Position numbers and translations under genes: made by a program. This document shows, piece by piece, positions 9,985 through 19,539 of a stretch of DNA of 64,000 nt (position 1 is the stretch's first letter; the number at the start of each line of letters is the position of its first letter). The DNA lies in contig JANJUM010000097.1 in assembly GCA_024710585.1 (NCBI GenBank), positions 2,097 through 66,096 of the forward strand, read 5' to 3'. A model generated the notes under the pieces. That model was given only the letters and a program-made list of their open reading frames with translations, had not been told where the DNA came from and made no database searches. The DNA comes from Desulforhopalus sp. (lineage in GTDB: Bacteria > Desulfobacterota > Desulfobulbia > Desulfobulbales > Desulfocapsaceae).

Positions 9985-10503
9985 TTACTGCACCACGAAG
10001 TTGGTGAAGTAGACCGCCCGCACCTTGCCGCTCTTGAGGAAGGTGTTGATCTTGCTGGTGATTTCCGCTTTAAGCTGCTTCTTGCCCTGCAGGTCCTGGA
10101 GCTCTTCGAAGGTCTTGCTGCCGATGAGCAGGAGCACCGCGTCGCGCACCTGGGGCATACGTTTTTCCACCTCGCCCTTGCCTTCCTCGCTGGTCATCTC
10201 GAGGACCAGCGAGGCCTTGACGTAATGCGCGGTATCGCCGCTGATGATGTTGACGATGAACTCTTCGATGGTCACCTGCGGGCCGATATCGGCCTGGGCG
10301 CTGAGTTCGGGGACCGGCACCTGCTTGGCCGGGTCCTTGGACTCCTTGGCCTCGTCAGCGCTCTTTTTCATGAGCAGATAGGCGGTGACGCCGCCGCCGA
10401 CGAGGAGCAGCAGGACCAACACCGCGACAATGATGATCACCAGTTTTTTCTTGCCGCCGCTGGGGGCTTCCGCGGCCTCTTTCTTCTTTTCAGCCATAGC
10501 CAT
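9985..10503 (-). CDS. fliL: Flagellar basal body protein FliL
   Basis: N-terminal TM helix, then EEFIVNI...RDAVLLLIGSKT...VYFTNFVVQ. The true start may be the second ATG at 10497 (better RBS spacing). Confidence 0.93.
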   Translation of the reverse strand: MAMAEKKKEAAEAPSGGKKKLVIIIVAVLVLLLLVGGGVTAYLLMKKSADEAKESKDPAKQVPVPELSAQADIGPQVTIEEFIVNIISGDTAHYVKASLVLEMTSEEGKGEVEKRMPQVRDAVLLLIGSKTFEELQDLQGKKQLKAEITSKINTFLKSGKVRAVYFTNFVVQ

Positions 10504-10536
10504 GCCTCGGGAAGGGGGGGATGATGCCGAAGTACT

Positions 10537-10552
10537 TGCAAAGATCGCGCCT
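10537..10552 (-). promoter_or_regulatory. Candidate sigma54 promoter for fliL-fliR
   Basis: Minus strand AGGCGCGATCTTTGCA immediately after the motB stop; exact spacing. Confidence 0.6.
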
Positions 10553-11349
10553 TAAAGAGGGGCGAGGGCGTTCCGAGGGGAGGTTTTTCCGCCGGAGCCG
10601 CCGGGCTTGTTGAGGCGCAGGACGAAATCGACGCGGCGGTTGATGGCCCGGGTGGCATCGTCCATGTTGCGGATGACCGGGCGATCCTTGCCGTAGCCGA
10701 CGGCGCCCATGCGGTCGAGGGGCAGCAGGTCGCTCTCTTTGAAGAAGCGCAGCACCGAGACGGAACGGGCCACTGAGAGGTCCCAGTTGCCGTCGGCGAT
10801 GCCGGCTACGGGCGTGTCGTCGGTATGGCCCTCGATGCGTACATCCATGGGCAGGGGGCGGATGATATCGGCGACATTCCTCAGGATGGGGTAGGACTGC
10901 GGGGCGATCTGCGCCTTGCCGGGTTCGAAGAGCACCGAATCGTTGATGCGCAGCACCAGGGCCTCGTCGTCGGTCTTCTGCAGGCCGACACTGTCCTGGA
11001 GGCGCATCGAGTCGAGCTGCGATTTGACCTTCTCGTAGATCTTCTCCACCGAGGGCGCGGTGATCGGAGCGAATTCGACCTTGGGCTGCTTGGGGAACAC
11101 CGGCACCACGAACTCCACCTGGGACGAGGGGTCCTTCCCGGTAAGGGCGGAGCGGATGGAGGCGGCGGCGGCGGTGAAATTGACCTTGTTGGTGGTCGAC
11201 ATCGACTGCAGCAGCACGAAGAAGGTAAGCAGCAGGGTGACCAGGTCGGAAAAGGTCACCAGCCAGGCCGGCGCCCCTTCCGGGCAGCTCTGCTTCTTAC
11301 ATTTCTTCGGCGTCTCTTCGCCCTTGTCCTTGTTCTTCTCTTCGGCCAT
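10552..11349 (-). CDS. motB: Stator protein MotB/PomB (OmpA-like peptidoglycan-binding domain)
   Basis: WLVTFSDLVTLLLTFFVLL TM with the conserved Asp; EGHTDD, NWDLSVARS and NRRVDF motifs. Start re-set to ATG 11349 (MAEEKNK). Confidence 0.95.
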   Translation of the reverse strand: MAEEKNKDKGEETPKKCKKQSCPEGAPAWLVTFSDLVTLLLTFFVLLQSMSTTNKVNFTAAAASIRSALTGKDPSSQVEFVVPVFPKQPKVEFAPITAPSVEKIYEKVKSQLDSMRLQDSVGLQKTDDEALVLRINDSVLFEPGKAQIAPQSYPILRNVADIIRPLPMDVRIEGHTDDTPVAGIADGNWDLSVARSVSVLRFFKESDLLPLDRMGAVGYGKDRPVIRNMDDATRAINRRVDFVLRLNKPGGSGGKTSPRNALAPL

Positions 11350-11359
11350 GCTGGTGTGC

Positions 11360-12127
11360 CTACTTGTTGAACATCGACTCGCGCAGCTTTGGAGCGATGA
11401 AAGCATGGAGCTTCTGCTCCATGATGCGCGGGTTTTCCCCGGAGAGGATCGACTGCATGCCCTCGATGATCAGGGTCTTGACGAGGACTTCGGAAGTGGA
11501 GCGGCCCTTGAGTTTGCCGGAGATGGGCAGGCAGATGACGTTGGCGATGACCGCCCCGTAGAAGGTGGTGATCAGGGCCACCGCCATGGCCGGACCGATG
11601 GCCGAGGGGTCGCTCATGTTCTGCAGCATCTGCACCAGGCCGATGAGGGTACCGATCATGCCCATGGCCGGGGCGTAGGCGGCAAGGGTGCTGAAAATTG
11701 CCGCCCCCTGCTCGTGGCGCATCTGGATGTACTCGATTTCGGTATTGAGCATGTCCCTGAGGGTGGCAGGCTCCTGCCCGTCCACCGCCATCTGCATGGC
11801 CTTCTTGAGGAAGTCGTCCTGCACTGCCTCCATGGCACCCTGCAGGGCGAGGATACCTTCCTTGCGCGCCTTGTTGGCATATTCCATAAGCTGGGTGATA
11901 AGGGCGTTGATGGCCATCTCCTGCACGAAAACGGCTTTTTTACCGACCGACACCGCCAGGGCGATCTCTTTGAAGGGGTAGTGGATGAGGGTGCAGCCGA
12001 TGGTGCCGCCGAAGACGATCAGCACCGAGGGGATGTCGATGAAAATGGTCAGCGGGCCACCCATCATGATCGCCCAGAGCACCAGGCCGAAGGTGGTCAG
12101 CAAACCAATTATTGTTGCGAGATCCAA
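11360..12127 (-). CDS. motA: Stator protein MotA/PomA
   Basis: ARKEGILAL, APAMGMIGTLIGLVQML and AVALITTFYG motifs; TTG start with a GGGAGG RBS. Confidence 0.95.
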   Translation of the reverse strand: MDLATIIGLLTTFGLVLWAIMMGGPLTIFIDIPSVLIVFGGTIGCTLIHYPFKEIALAVSVGKKAVFVQEMAINALITQLMEYANKARKEGILALQGAMEAVQDDFLKKAMQMAVDGQEPATLRDMLNTEIEYIQMRHEQGAAIFSTLAAYAPAMGMIGTLIGLVQMLQNMSDPSAIGPAMAVALITTFYGAVIANVICLPISGKLKGRSTSEVLVKTLIIEGMQSILSGENPRIMEQKLHAFIAPKLRESMFNK

Positions 12128-12233
12128 TCGTTACCTCCCTTTCGCGAACGCCTCCCCGGGGCTGCGCTTGCGGCAGCGGAAGAGGGCGGGATTTCCTGCT
12201 GAAACTTCGTGCCCTTATCATAGACTGGCGTCT

Positions 12234-12249
12234 TGCAAAACTCAAGCCC
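12234..12249 (-). promoter_or_regulatory. Candidate sigma54 promoter for motA-motB
   Basis: Minus strand GGGCTTGAGTTTTGCA, about 105 nt upstream of motA. Confidence 0.5.
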
Positions 12250-12475
12250 GGCCTGAGGCTCCTGTCAAGAAAGGGGCCTCGAGGCAAAGAGCAGGGAGGG
12301 CGAGTGGACGGGGACTGGGAGGTTGTGGCGAGGGGTAGTGCGAGGTGAGGCAGAAGCGATAGCCGAGCAAGGGATGGAAGGAGACCTCAAATGAAGCGCG
12401 GGAGACGGCATGGCGAGAGGTGCCGGGACCTCATCGCTGTCGTCCCCCGCGCGGGGTGTGCCAAATATTTGACGA

Positions 12476-13744
12476 TTACCGTTTGAGGTTGATGAGTTCG
12501 CCGAGAAGCTCGTCGACGGTGGTGATGATCTTCGAATTGGCCTGGAAGCCGCGCTGGGCGGTGATCATGCGCACGAACTCGGCACCCATGTCGACGTTGG
12601 ACTGCTCCAGGGAGTTGGTGAACACCTTGCCCAGTTCCGGGCCGGGGATGCCGGTTCGAGCCGGGCCGGAGGCGGAGGTCTCCGTGTAGAGGTTGCTGCC
12701 CGCCAGCTGCAGGCCATTGGGGTTGACGAACTTGCCCAGCACCAGCTGGGCGATCTTGGTCTGCTCGCCGTTGGAGTAGGAGGCGATGACGATGCCGTCG
12801 CCGTCGATGTCGACACCGGTGAGGTTACCGGCGCCGAAACCGTTCTGGTCCTGGGAGATGACCACCGACTCGGAGTTGAACTGGGTGGTGTCGAAGTTTA
12901 CCTCGATGGCGGTGGGGGTGGTGCCGTTGCCCCAGTCGAGGGCCACGGTGTTGGCGGTGGTCTTCTGCGGCGGGTCGAGGGCGGCGTTAGTCAAAATACC
13001 GTCATTGGTGAAGGTCAGTGTCGTCCATACCGCCGGGGGATCGGGGTTGACCACTCCGGCGTTATCTTCGTAGCTATAGTAGACATCCCAGGTATTGTTG
13101 GCGGTTTTCTTGAAATAGGTGGAGAGCAGGTGGGGGTTGCCGAGGCTGTCATAAATTTGAACAGAAGAGGAATAGTTGTAGCTGTCGGCGTCGTCGTAGG
13201 CGAAGGCGACGGCGTTGATGGGCTCGGCGGAATCGAGGTTGGTGGTCAGCTTGAGTTCGTTGGTGACCTGCCCCTGGATGAGGCCGCTGCTCTGTACGCG
13301 GATGGAACTTGCGTCACCCGGAAGCAGTTCGCCGTTAGCATCAAACTGCTTGCCCATCACCTGCAGCCCTTCGGGGTTGACCAGGTAGCCGTCGTCGTCG
13401 AAGCGGAAGGCGCCGGCGCGGGAGTAGTAATTGGTCTCGTCGCCAGGTTCCTTGAGGATGAAGAAGCCTTCGCCTTCGATGGCCACGTCGAGGCCCGACT
13501 CGGTGGACTCGAAAGTGCCCTGGCTGAAGACCTGGTCGACCTTGGACATGCCGACACCGCGACCAACCTGGGAGGAGCCGCCGGAGCCGTTGATGGTCGA
13601 GGAGAGGAGGTCGGAGAAGACCGTCCGCGACCCTTTGAAGCCGACGGTGTTGGTGTTGGCCAGGTTGTTGCCGATGACGCTCATCGCCTGGGAGTTGGTG
13701 TTCAGCCCGCTGACGCCGCTGTACAGTGCGCTTGAGATACCCAT
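12476..13744 (-). CDS. flgE: Flagellar hook protein FlgE
   Basis: VIGNNLANTNTVGFKGSR N-terminus; LEQSNVD...MITAQRGFQANSKIITT C-terminus. Confidence 0.96.
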   Translation of the reverse strand: MGISSALYSGVSGLNTNSQAMSVIGNNLANTNTVGFKGSRTVFSDLLSSTINGSGGSSQVGRGVGMSKVDQVFSQGTFESTESGLDVAIEGEGFFILKEPGDETNYYSRAGAFRFDDDGYLVNPEGLQVMGKQFDANGELLPGDASSIRVQSSGLIQGQVTNELKLTTNLDSAEPINAVAFAYDDADSYNYSSSVQIYDSLGNPHLLSTYFKKTANNTWDVYYSYEDNAGVVNPDPPAVWTTLTFTNDGILTNAALDPPQKTTANTVALDWGNGTTPTAIEVNFDTTQFNSESVVISQDQNGFGAGNLTGVDIDGDGIVIASYSNGEQTKIAQLVLGKFVNPNGLQLAGSNLYTETSASGPARTGIPGPELGKVFTNSLEQSNVDMGAEFVRMITAQRGFQANSKIITTVDELLGELINLKR

Positions 13745-13828
13745 GTCGTTCTCCTCTCCTTCTCTTACCTTAGGGGCGTGGCGCCCGTGGTGTTCGTTTT
13801 GTCGTGGTGTCGTGGCAGCGACGTATGA

Positions 13829-14650
13829 TTATAACAGTTCTTCGGCGGTGGCTGCGGTGTTGGCCAGGTTTTCCGCCGTCTCCGCCATCGCTTCGCTGGC
13901 GGCCGCCACCTCTTCGGCGGTGGAGGAGACGGTCTCTTCTTCCTCGTCCTCGGCGCTGACCGTGGATGCCCTGGCGCCGGGCTCGTAGACGCCGATGATG
14001 GCATTGAAGGCGACCTCGCCGGCTTTCGTCACCAGGGTGCCGCCGCCGCTGCCGCCGAGGTCGACGCCGGTGACTTCGGATTTGACCAGGGGCGTGGCGG
14101 CGACGCTCTCGCCTTCGGTGGCCTTGGCGCTGACGACGATCTTGTATTTGCCGATAGGGGCGGTGCTGCCATCAGCGGTCAGCCCGTTCCAGGTAAAATA
14201 GTGGTTGCCGGCGGTAAGCTCGGTGCCCTTGATGGTTGCCTGGGTGACACCGTTCAGCTGCAGCTGCAGGGTGACCTCGCTGGCAGAGCCGTCCAGCTGA
14301 TAGCCGATCTCCACCGGCGAGCCGTCGAAGGCGAAGGAGGACGAGGTGTAGGCGACCTCCTTGCCGATGGTGGAGAGCGTCGACAGCCGGTCGGAATTGG
14401 CGTTGGAAGTGACCAGGTTGTTCATGCTCTCGTTGAGGGTGAAGAGCTGCTCGAGCGAGCTGAACTGCGCCAGCTGGGCGGTGAACTCGGTGGGGTCGTC
14501 GGGGTTGAGCGGGTCCTGGTTCTGCAACTGGGCGACGAGCAGCATGAGGAAGTCCTGCTTGCCCATGATCGCCTCATTCTTGTCGCGGGCGGTGGTCTTG
14601 CCGGTGGAGGCGGTCGAGGCCTGGTTGATGGATTCGATATAGCTGCCCAT
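13829..14650 (-). CDS. flgD: Hook capping protein FlgD
   Basis: [36 protein letters not shown] signature. Confidence 0.96.
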   Translation of the reverse strand: MGSYIESINQASTASTGKTTARDKNEAIMGKQDFLMLLVAQLQNQDPLNPDDPTEFTAQLAQFSSLEQLFTLNESMNNLVTSNANSDRLSTLSTIGKEVAYTSSSFAFDGSPVEIGYQLDGSASEVTLQLQLNGVTQATIKGTELTAGNHYFTWNGLTADGSTAPIGKYKIVVSAKATEGESVAATPLVKSEVTGVDLGGSGGGTLVTKAGEVAFNAIIGVYEPGARASTVSAEDEEEETVSSTAEEVAAASEAMAETAENLANTAATAEELL

Positions 14651-14663
14651 GGCGAACTCCCTG

Positions 14664-16169
14664 TTATGCTTTGACGTCGAGTCCGGCGGCGGGTTGCGGC
14701 GTCGTCAGTCCCTCCATGGAGAAGACCGCGCCGTCATTCTGTCCGTCTGACGTGGAGGGCGGATTGTAGTCACTGCCCCCGAAGAGCTGCTGGTCGAAGA
14801 GATTGAAGTCGTCAACCGAGCGCGAGGAGGTGGAGACGAGGATCTCGTCGATGGAGAAGCCCTGGCTCTCGAGCACGGTGCGCAGGCGGTTCATGTTCTT
14901 TTCGAGGATATCCTGGGCGACCTGGGTGGAAGCGACGACGTTGGCCCGGACCGTACCGTTCTTCACCGAGAGGTCGATGCGCAACTCGCCCAGCTCGGCG
15001 GGGTGCAGCTGCAGGTTGATGCGGGTGTCGGCATCACGGCGGCTGATCTGGAAGCGCTCGGCTATCTGGCGGATGACCTCCTCCCGCTGAACCATGGTGC
15101 CGGAGGGCAGCAGCAGGGGCCGGCTGCTGTCATACGCCTGGGGTCTGAGGGCCTCCTGAGCCATGGCCAGGGGCTGCGTGAAGGCGCTGGGGCTGTCGCC
15201 TGGCAGGGAACCTGTGCCGGTGGCGAGAGTGGCGTCGACGGCGGCCTTGGCGGTCTGGCCAGGACTCTGCTGCTGTTGTTGCTGGCCTTCGCTGGCATTG
15301 TTCTGTTTTTCCTGCTGCGCTTCAAGCGCCATGCGCCCTTCGATGTACTGCTGCTGCAGGCTGAGCCGTGCCGGTTGGCTGGGCGCGCTGGTCTCGCCGC
15401 CCGCGGCGACGCGAGGCAGGCCAAGCGGCAGGCTCTCCTGTGCCTCGCCGCCTTCGCCCTGGAGGATAACGGTAATCGGGGTCTGGGCCTGGGCTTCGCT
15501 GCGCAGGGAAATCTCGCCGGAGGCGGTGGAGATGCTGGTGGTTCTCGATGCGCTGGAGATGGAGATGTCGACAGGCTTGTCGCCGCTGTCGATGATCTGC
15601 TGCAGCTGCTGGAGCAGCGGGTTCTCGCCGGCGCGGCTTTGGCCGGCATTGCCATTGGCCTTCTCCCCAGTGGAGAGGACGGCAGCGGCACCCTGTGCGC
15701 CATGCTCGGCGGCGGCAAGTAGCGCTGCGGCAGCCTGGGAAAGGCCCGGTGCGTTACCCCCGGCCAAGGGTCCGGTCGGTGCAGTGGCTGAGGGCAGCGA
15801 GGCGTTGGCTGCCGTTGCGTTCTCGGCGTTCGCCGCGGGGGAAGCGGCCGAAGACTGTGCCGCGAGAGCGGCCATGAGCATCTCGCCCAGGGTTGCTGCG
15901 CTGGCCATTTTGCTTGTCGCCGCGTAAGACTCGCCACCCTCTTGGAATACCGTCTTTTCCTTTACCTCGCCCTGCGCCGAGCTGTTTTCGCTGCTGTTCT
16001 GCGCCTCGCCCCGGGCTCCGTCCCGGGTGGACTGTGTGGTGTTTTTGATAGCCTGGTCGAGGTGCGGGGAAAACGAGGAAGAGGCGGCGGGGGCGGCGGG
16101 AGAGGCACTGGGGGCTGGGGCCTGGGGGGCGATGGGGGCGATGGCGAGTTGCGGCATGGCGTCATTCAA
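14664..16169 (-). CDS. fliK: Hook-length control protein FliK
   Basis: Ala/Ser/Gln/Pro-rich N-terminus; C-terminal [20 protein letters not shown]3S4 domain; precedes flgD. Confidence 0.9.
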   Translation of the reverse strand: MNDAMPQLAIAPIAPQAPAPSASPAAPAASSSFSPHLDQAIKNTTQSTRDGARGEAQNSSENSSAQGEVKEKTVFQEGGESYAATSKMASAATLGEMLMAALAAQSSAASPAANAENATAANASLPSATAPTGPLAGGNAPGLSQAAAALLAAAEHGAQGAAAVLSTGEKANGNAGQSRAGENPLLQQLQQIIDSGDKPVDISISSASRTTSISTASGEISLRSEAQAQTPITVILQGEGGEAQESLPLGLPRVAAGGETSAPSQPARLSLQQQYIEGRMALEAQQEKQNNASEGQQQQQQSPGQTAKAAVDATLATGTGSLPGDSPSAFTQPLAMAQEALRPQAYDSSRPLLLPSGTMVQREEVIRQIAERFQISRRDADTRINLQLHPAELGELRIDLSVKNGTVRANVVASTQVAQDILEKNMNRLRTVLESQGFSIDEILVSTSSRSVDDFNLFDQQLFGGSDYNPPSTSDGQNDGAVFSMEGLTTPQPAAGLDVKA

Positions 16170-16758
16170 GCTGAAGGGTTGAGAAGGTGGCGCTGAGCTC
16201 CGTTGCCTTCTGTTTGGCGAGCTGGTCGAGAACCCTGGCCGCCGCCTTGGTCTTCATGGCGTCGAGGATATCGGCGGCCAGCCGCTGATCGAGACCGCTC
16301 ATGGCCTGGGCTGCCTTGATCGGGGTCATCTTGTCATAGATGGCGGCAAGTTCGTCAATACGCTTCTTTTCCGCCTCCGTCTTCGCCGCCAGCAGATTGT
16401 CGATTTTCTTCTGCAGTGTGGCCAGTTCTTCCAGCTTGCGGTCGATGTCGGCAAGTTTCTTATCGACGCCCTCCTCGAGGGTCTTTAGTTCCTTTTTGCG
16501 CAGATCGAGGTCTTCCCATTCGCGGCGCAGGGAGGCTCGCTCGCTGAGGATGGCCTCGGCGATGCGCCGCTCTTCCACCGAGGAGAAGGCGCGCGGCGCC
16601 TCTTCCGCGGAGGGCGTTCCGCCAGGCGTTTCTACGGCGGGGCTCTCAGCGGCAGGTTCGTCGGCGGCTGCCGCGGCCAGGGGCGCAGGGTGGAGCAGGA
16701 GGAGGAGAGAGAAGGTCAGCAGGCGGCAAAGAGGAGGGGTTGCAGGTTTATGTCTCAT
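16162..16758 (-). CDS. MotE-like (MgtE_N-type) exported flagellar protein: signal peptide, coiled coil, helical C-domain
   Basis: Hydrophobic leader (LLTFSLLLLLHPAPLAAA), long coiled coil, C-terminal LAAIYDKMTPIKAAQAMSGLDQRLAADILDAMKTKAAARVL; lies between fliJ and fliK. ATG 16758 preferred over the track's TTG 16776. Confidence 0.75.
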   Translation of the reverse strand: MRHKPATPPLCRLLTFSLLLLLHPAPLAAAAADEPAAESPAVETPGGTPSAEEAPRAFSSVEERRIAEAILSERASLRREWEDLDLRKKELKTLEEGVDKKLADIDRKLEELATLQKKIDNLLAAKTEAEKKRIDELAAIYDKMTPIKAAQAMSGLDQRLAADILDAMKTKAAARVLDQLAKQKATELSATFSTLQLE

Positions 16759-16814
16759 ATCGGAAATATTATGCAAAAGGTTGATCAGGCGTAATTATGC
16801 GCATGTTTAATGCT

Positions 16815-17255
16815 TCACCTTTCATGGTCTTCATGGCGGAGAATGGCGATCTCGTCGAGCATGGCCGTTTCCTTCTTTTCAAGATAAAGGGCCCACTCGC
16901 GGTTCTGGCGCTCCTTGAGCTTCTCCATGATCTGCCGCTCCCGCACGCGGCGCACCAGTTGCTTCTGCTCGGCGGCGACGATCTTGATCTTCTCGGCGAG
17001 GTTCTTGGCGATGGCGGCGACGTTGCTCCTTACCTGGGCGATACGCTCCTCGTAGCGGATGAGTTCATCGATGGCCATGCCCTGCTGCTGCTTTTCTTCG
17101 CTCTCCTGGCAGAGCCCGGCGAGCAGCTCTTCCTCCGCGGCGAGGCGTTCCTCCATCTGTCGCTGCACGCGCCGGGCCTCGAGGAAGCGTTGCTGCGCCA
17201 GGTCTTCGAGGCGTTTGCGATAGGTGAGGACGTTGTCGAGGGAGAAGGGTTTCAT
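16815..17255 (-). CDS. fliJ: Flagellar export protein FliJ
   Basis: MKPFSLDNVLTYRKRLED...coiled coil...LDEIA; directly after fliI. Confidence 0.88.
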   Translation of the reverse strand: MKPFSLDNVLTYRKRLEDLAQQRFLEARRVQRQMEERLAAEEELLAGLCQESEEKQQQGMAIDELIRYEERIAQVRSNVAAIAKNLAEKIKIVAAEQKQLVRRVRERQIMEKLKERQNREWALYLEKKETAMLDEIAILRHEDHER

Positions 17256-17304
17256 CGTCGTTATCCCTGTTGCCGTTCACCAAAAAGGGAGGCGTCTGCC
17301 ACCG

Positions 17305-18657
17305 CTAGGTGCGGTCCGACTGGCGGCGGTTCTTGGGCGCCGGCTCCTCGTCGCGGCGTTCGCCGAGCAGCGTGCCAAGTTGTTCGATGGTGTGCTGCAG
17401 GTTGTCGGTTTCGGCGAAGCCCTGTCGGAGGAAGGTGTTGATGGCATCGATCTTGCCGATGGCGTAGTCTATTTTGGCGTTGGATCCCTTGACATAGGCG
17501 CCGATATTGATGAGGTCCTCGCCTTCGGCGTAGCGCGCCAGAACCTCGCGGGCCTTGCCGGCAAGCTCGAGATGTCGCGGCGAGACGATGTCGCGCATGA
17601 CGCGGCTGGCCGAGTTGAGCACGTCGATGGCCGGGAAGTGGTTCCGGGCGGCGATGGCCCGCGACAGGACGATATGGCCGTCGAGGATGGAACGCACCGA
17701 GTCGGCCACCGGCTCGGTCATGTCGTCGCCATCGACGAGCACCGTGTAGAGCCCGGTGATCGAGCCTTTGTCGCGGAAACGGCCGGCCCGCTCGAGGAGC
17801 TTGGGCAGGGTGGCGAAGACCGAAGGGGTGTAGCCTTTGGTGGTCGGCGGTTCGCCGACGGCCAGTCCGATCTCGCGCATGGCCATGGCAAAGCGGGTCA
17901 CCGAGTCCATCATCAGCAGGACATTCTTGCCCTTGTTGCAGAAGTATTCGGCGATGGCGGTAGCGACGAAGGCGCCGCGCATGCGCAAAAGCGGCGACTG
18001 GTCGGAGGTGACGACGACGATCACCGAGCGCGCCAGACCCTCGCGGCCGAGGTCGCGTTCGATGAATTCGCGCACCTCGCGACCACGCTCGCCAATGAGG
18101 GCGATAACGTTGATATCGGCCTTGGCGAACTTGGCCATCATGCCGAGGAGGACGCTCTTGCCGATCCCCGAGCCGGCCATGATGCCCATGCGCTGTCCCA
18201 TGCCGCAGGTGAGCAGGCCGTTGATGGCGCGGATGCCGAGATCGAGGGGGTCGGTAATGTTCTGGCGCTCCATCGGCCCCGGGGGCAGGGCGTAAAGAGG
18301 TTGTTCCTTCTCCAGGGTGGGCCGGGGCAGGCCATCCTGGGGCGCCTCCATGGCGTCGATGACCCGGCCGAGGAGGTTGTTGCCGACCCTGATGGTGGCA
18401 CTGTCGCGCACCACACGGATCAGGCTGCCCGGGCCGAGGCCACGGATCTCACCGAGCGGCATGAGCAGGGCCTTATGGTCGCGGAAGCCGACGATCTCCC
18501 CAAAGATGGCGCCTTTGCCGTCCATCTGGCTGATCTCGCATAGCGAGCCTATGCTGGCATGGGGACAGAAGCCTTCGATGACCAGGCCGACGATGCGGGT
18601 AACCTTGCCCCAGACCTTGATGGTCTGCAGAGTTTTGACGAAGTTGCTGTCCAGCAT
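17305..18657 (-). CDS. fliI: Flagellar export ATPase FliI
   Basis: GQRMGIMAGSGIGKS Walker A, ALIGERGREVREF, DSVTRFAMA, SILDGHIVLSR. Confidence 0.97.
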   Translation of the reverse strand: MLDSNFVKTLQTIKVWGKVTRIVGLVIEGFCPHASIGSLCEISQMDGKGAIFGEIVGFRDHKALLMPLGEIRGLGPGSLIRVVRDSATIRVGNNLLGRVIDAMEAPQDGLPRPTLEKEQPLYALPPGPMERQNITDPLDLGIRAINGLLTCGMGQRMGIMAGSGIGKSVLLGMMAKFAKADINVIALIGERGREVREFIERDLGREGLARSVIVVVTSDQSPLLRMRGAFVATAIAEYFCNKGKNVLLMMDSVTRFAMAMREIGLAVGEPPTTKGYTPSVFATLPKLLERAGRFRDKGSITGLYTVLVDGDDMTEPVADSVRSILDGHIVLSRAIAARNHFPAIDVLNSASRVMRDIVSPRHLELAGKAREVLARYAEGEDLINIGAYVKGSNAKIDYAIGKIDAINTFLRQGFAETDNLQHTIEQLGTLLGERRDEEPAPKNRRQSDRT

Positions 18658-18741
18658 CGCCTGCCATACTCCCCCGGCGGGGCTTTCTGATTCCGCTGCC
18701 GGTCGCTAGATTTCCCCGCCGCTGCCATCCCGCGGCGGATT

Positions 18742-19539
18742 TTATTGCCGCTTTCTGATCTCCTCGCGGATCAGCTCGAGCTGCCCTGCGATGGTCGCGT
18801 CGATGGTGCAGTTGTCGGATTCGATAGAGACGCCCCCTTTTTCGATGGTGGCATCCTTCTTGATGACGATGTTGTTGAGGCCGCTGATGGAGGCGATGAT
18901 GTCCACCGCGCGGGCGTTGAGGATCTCGTAGTCGTCGGGGTTTATATGGATGGTATATTCGTCTGATTTGACCGCCAGATGGAGGGCTTCCTCGATGGTG
19001 GCGACGAGGGTGTGGTCCTGCTCGCGCAGGGAGAGCCGGAGGACGCGCTCGGCCACCGTCAGGGCGAACTCGAGCAGTTCCCCGCCACTGTTGGCGATGA
19101 GCGTGGCGCGCAGGTCATCGAGCTGGCTGCAGGCCTGCATGAGGGCGGCAGTCGCGGTGCCGAACTCCTTTTCCGCCAGCGCCTGGCCCTCGGCTATTCC
19201 TCTCCGGTACGCTTCCTCGGCGCGTTTGTCGGACTCGACACGTTCGATATAGCGCGTCAGGTCGACCGCCGGCTTGGCCGCGGGCGGGGGCGGTTCTGGG
19301 GGTGCTTTGTCCGCCTGTGGCGGAGGTGGGCCGGGCGGGGGCCCTTGCGCCGGTGCGGCTGGTGGCGGCCGCCGGGCCTTGTCGGCGGGACGGGCTTCGT
19401 CGGAAAGCTGCCGGCTGGTAAAGGGCGAGGGCTGCGGAGTGGGCGATGGCACCCAGCCTTCGGCGTTGCGGTCACCGGTCTTGACCAGCTCTTCCGCCTT
19501 GAAGGAAGGTGAATGCTTGTAATATTTAGACAAGCTCAT
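18742..19539 (-). CDS. fliH: Flagellar assembly protein FliH
   Basis: AxxxGxxxG repeat (AYRRGIAEG), Pro-rich linker, IHINPDDY...GGVSIES C-domain. Confidence 0.9.
   Translation of the reverse strand: MSLSKYYKHSPSFKAEELVKTGDRNAEGWVPSPTPQPSPFTSRQLSDEARPADKARRPPPAAPAQGPPPGPPPPQADKAPPEPPPPAAKPAVDLTRYIERVESDKRAEEAYRRGIAEGQALAEKEFGTATAALMQACSQLDDLRATLIANSGGELLEFALTVAERVLRLSLREQDHTLVATIEEALHLAVKSDEYTIHINPDDYEILNARAVDIIASISGLNNIVIKKDATIEKGGVSIESDNCTIDATIAGQLELIREEIRKRQ

Noticed and set aside
12448-12463. TGGCACACCCCGCGCG after flgE as a second sigma54 site
   Set aside because: The -12 element is GCGC rather than TTGC and lies within a GC hairpin. The site at 12234-12249 fits better.
16772-16787. Possible sigma54 site before the MotE-like gene
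   Set aside because: It reads TGATCA-N5-TTGCA; the invariant GG at -24 is missing.
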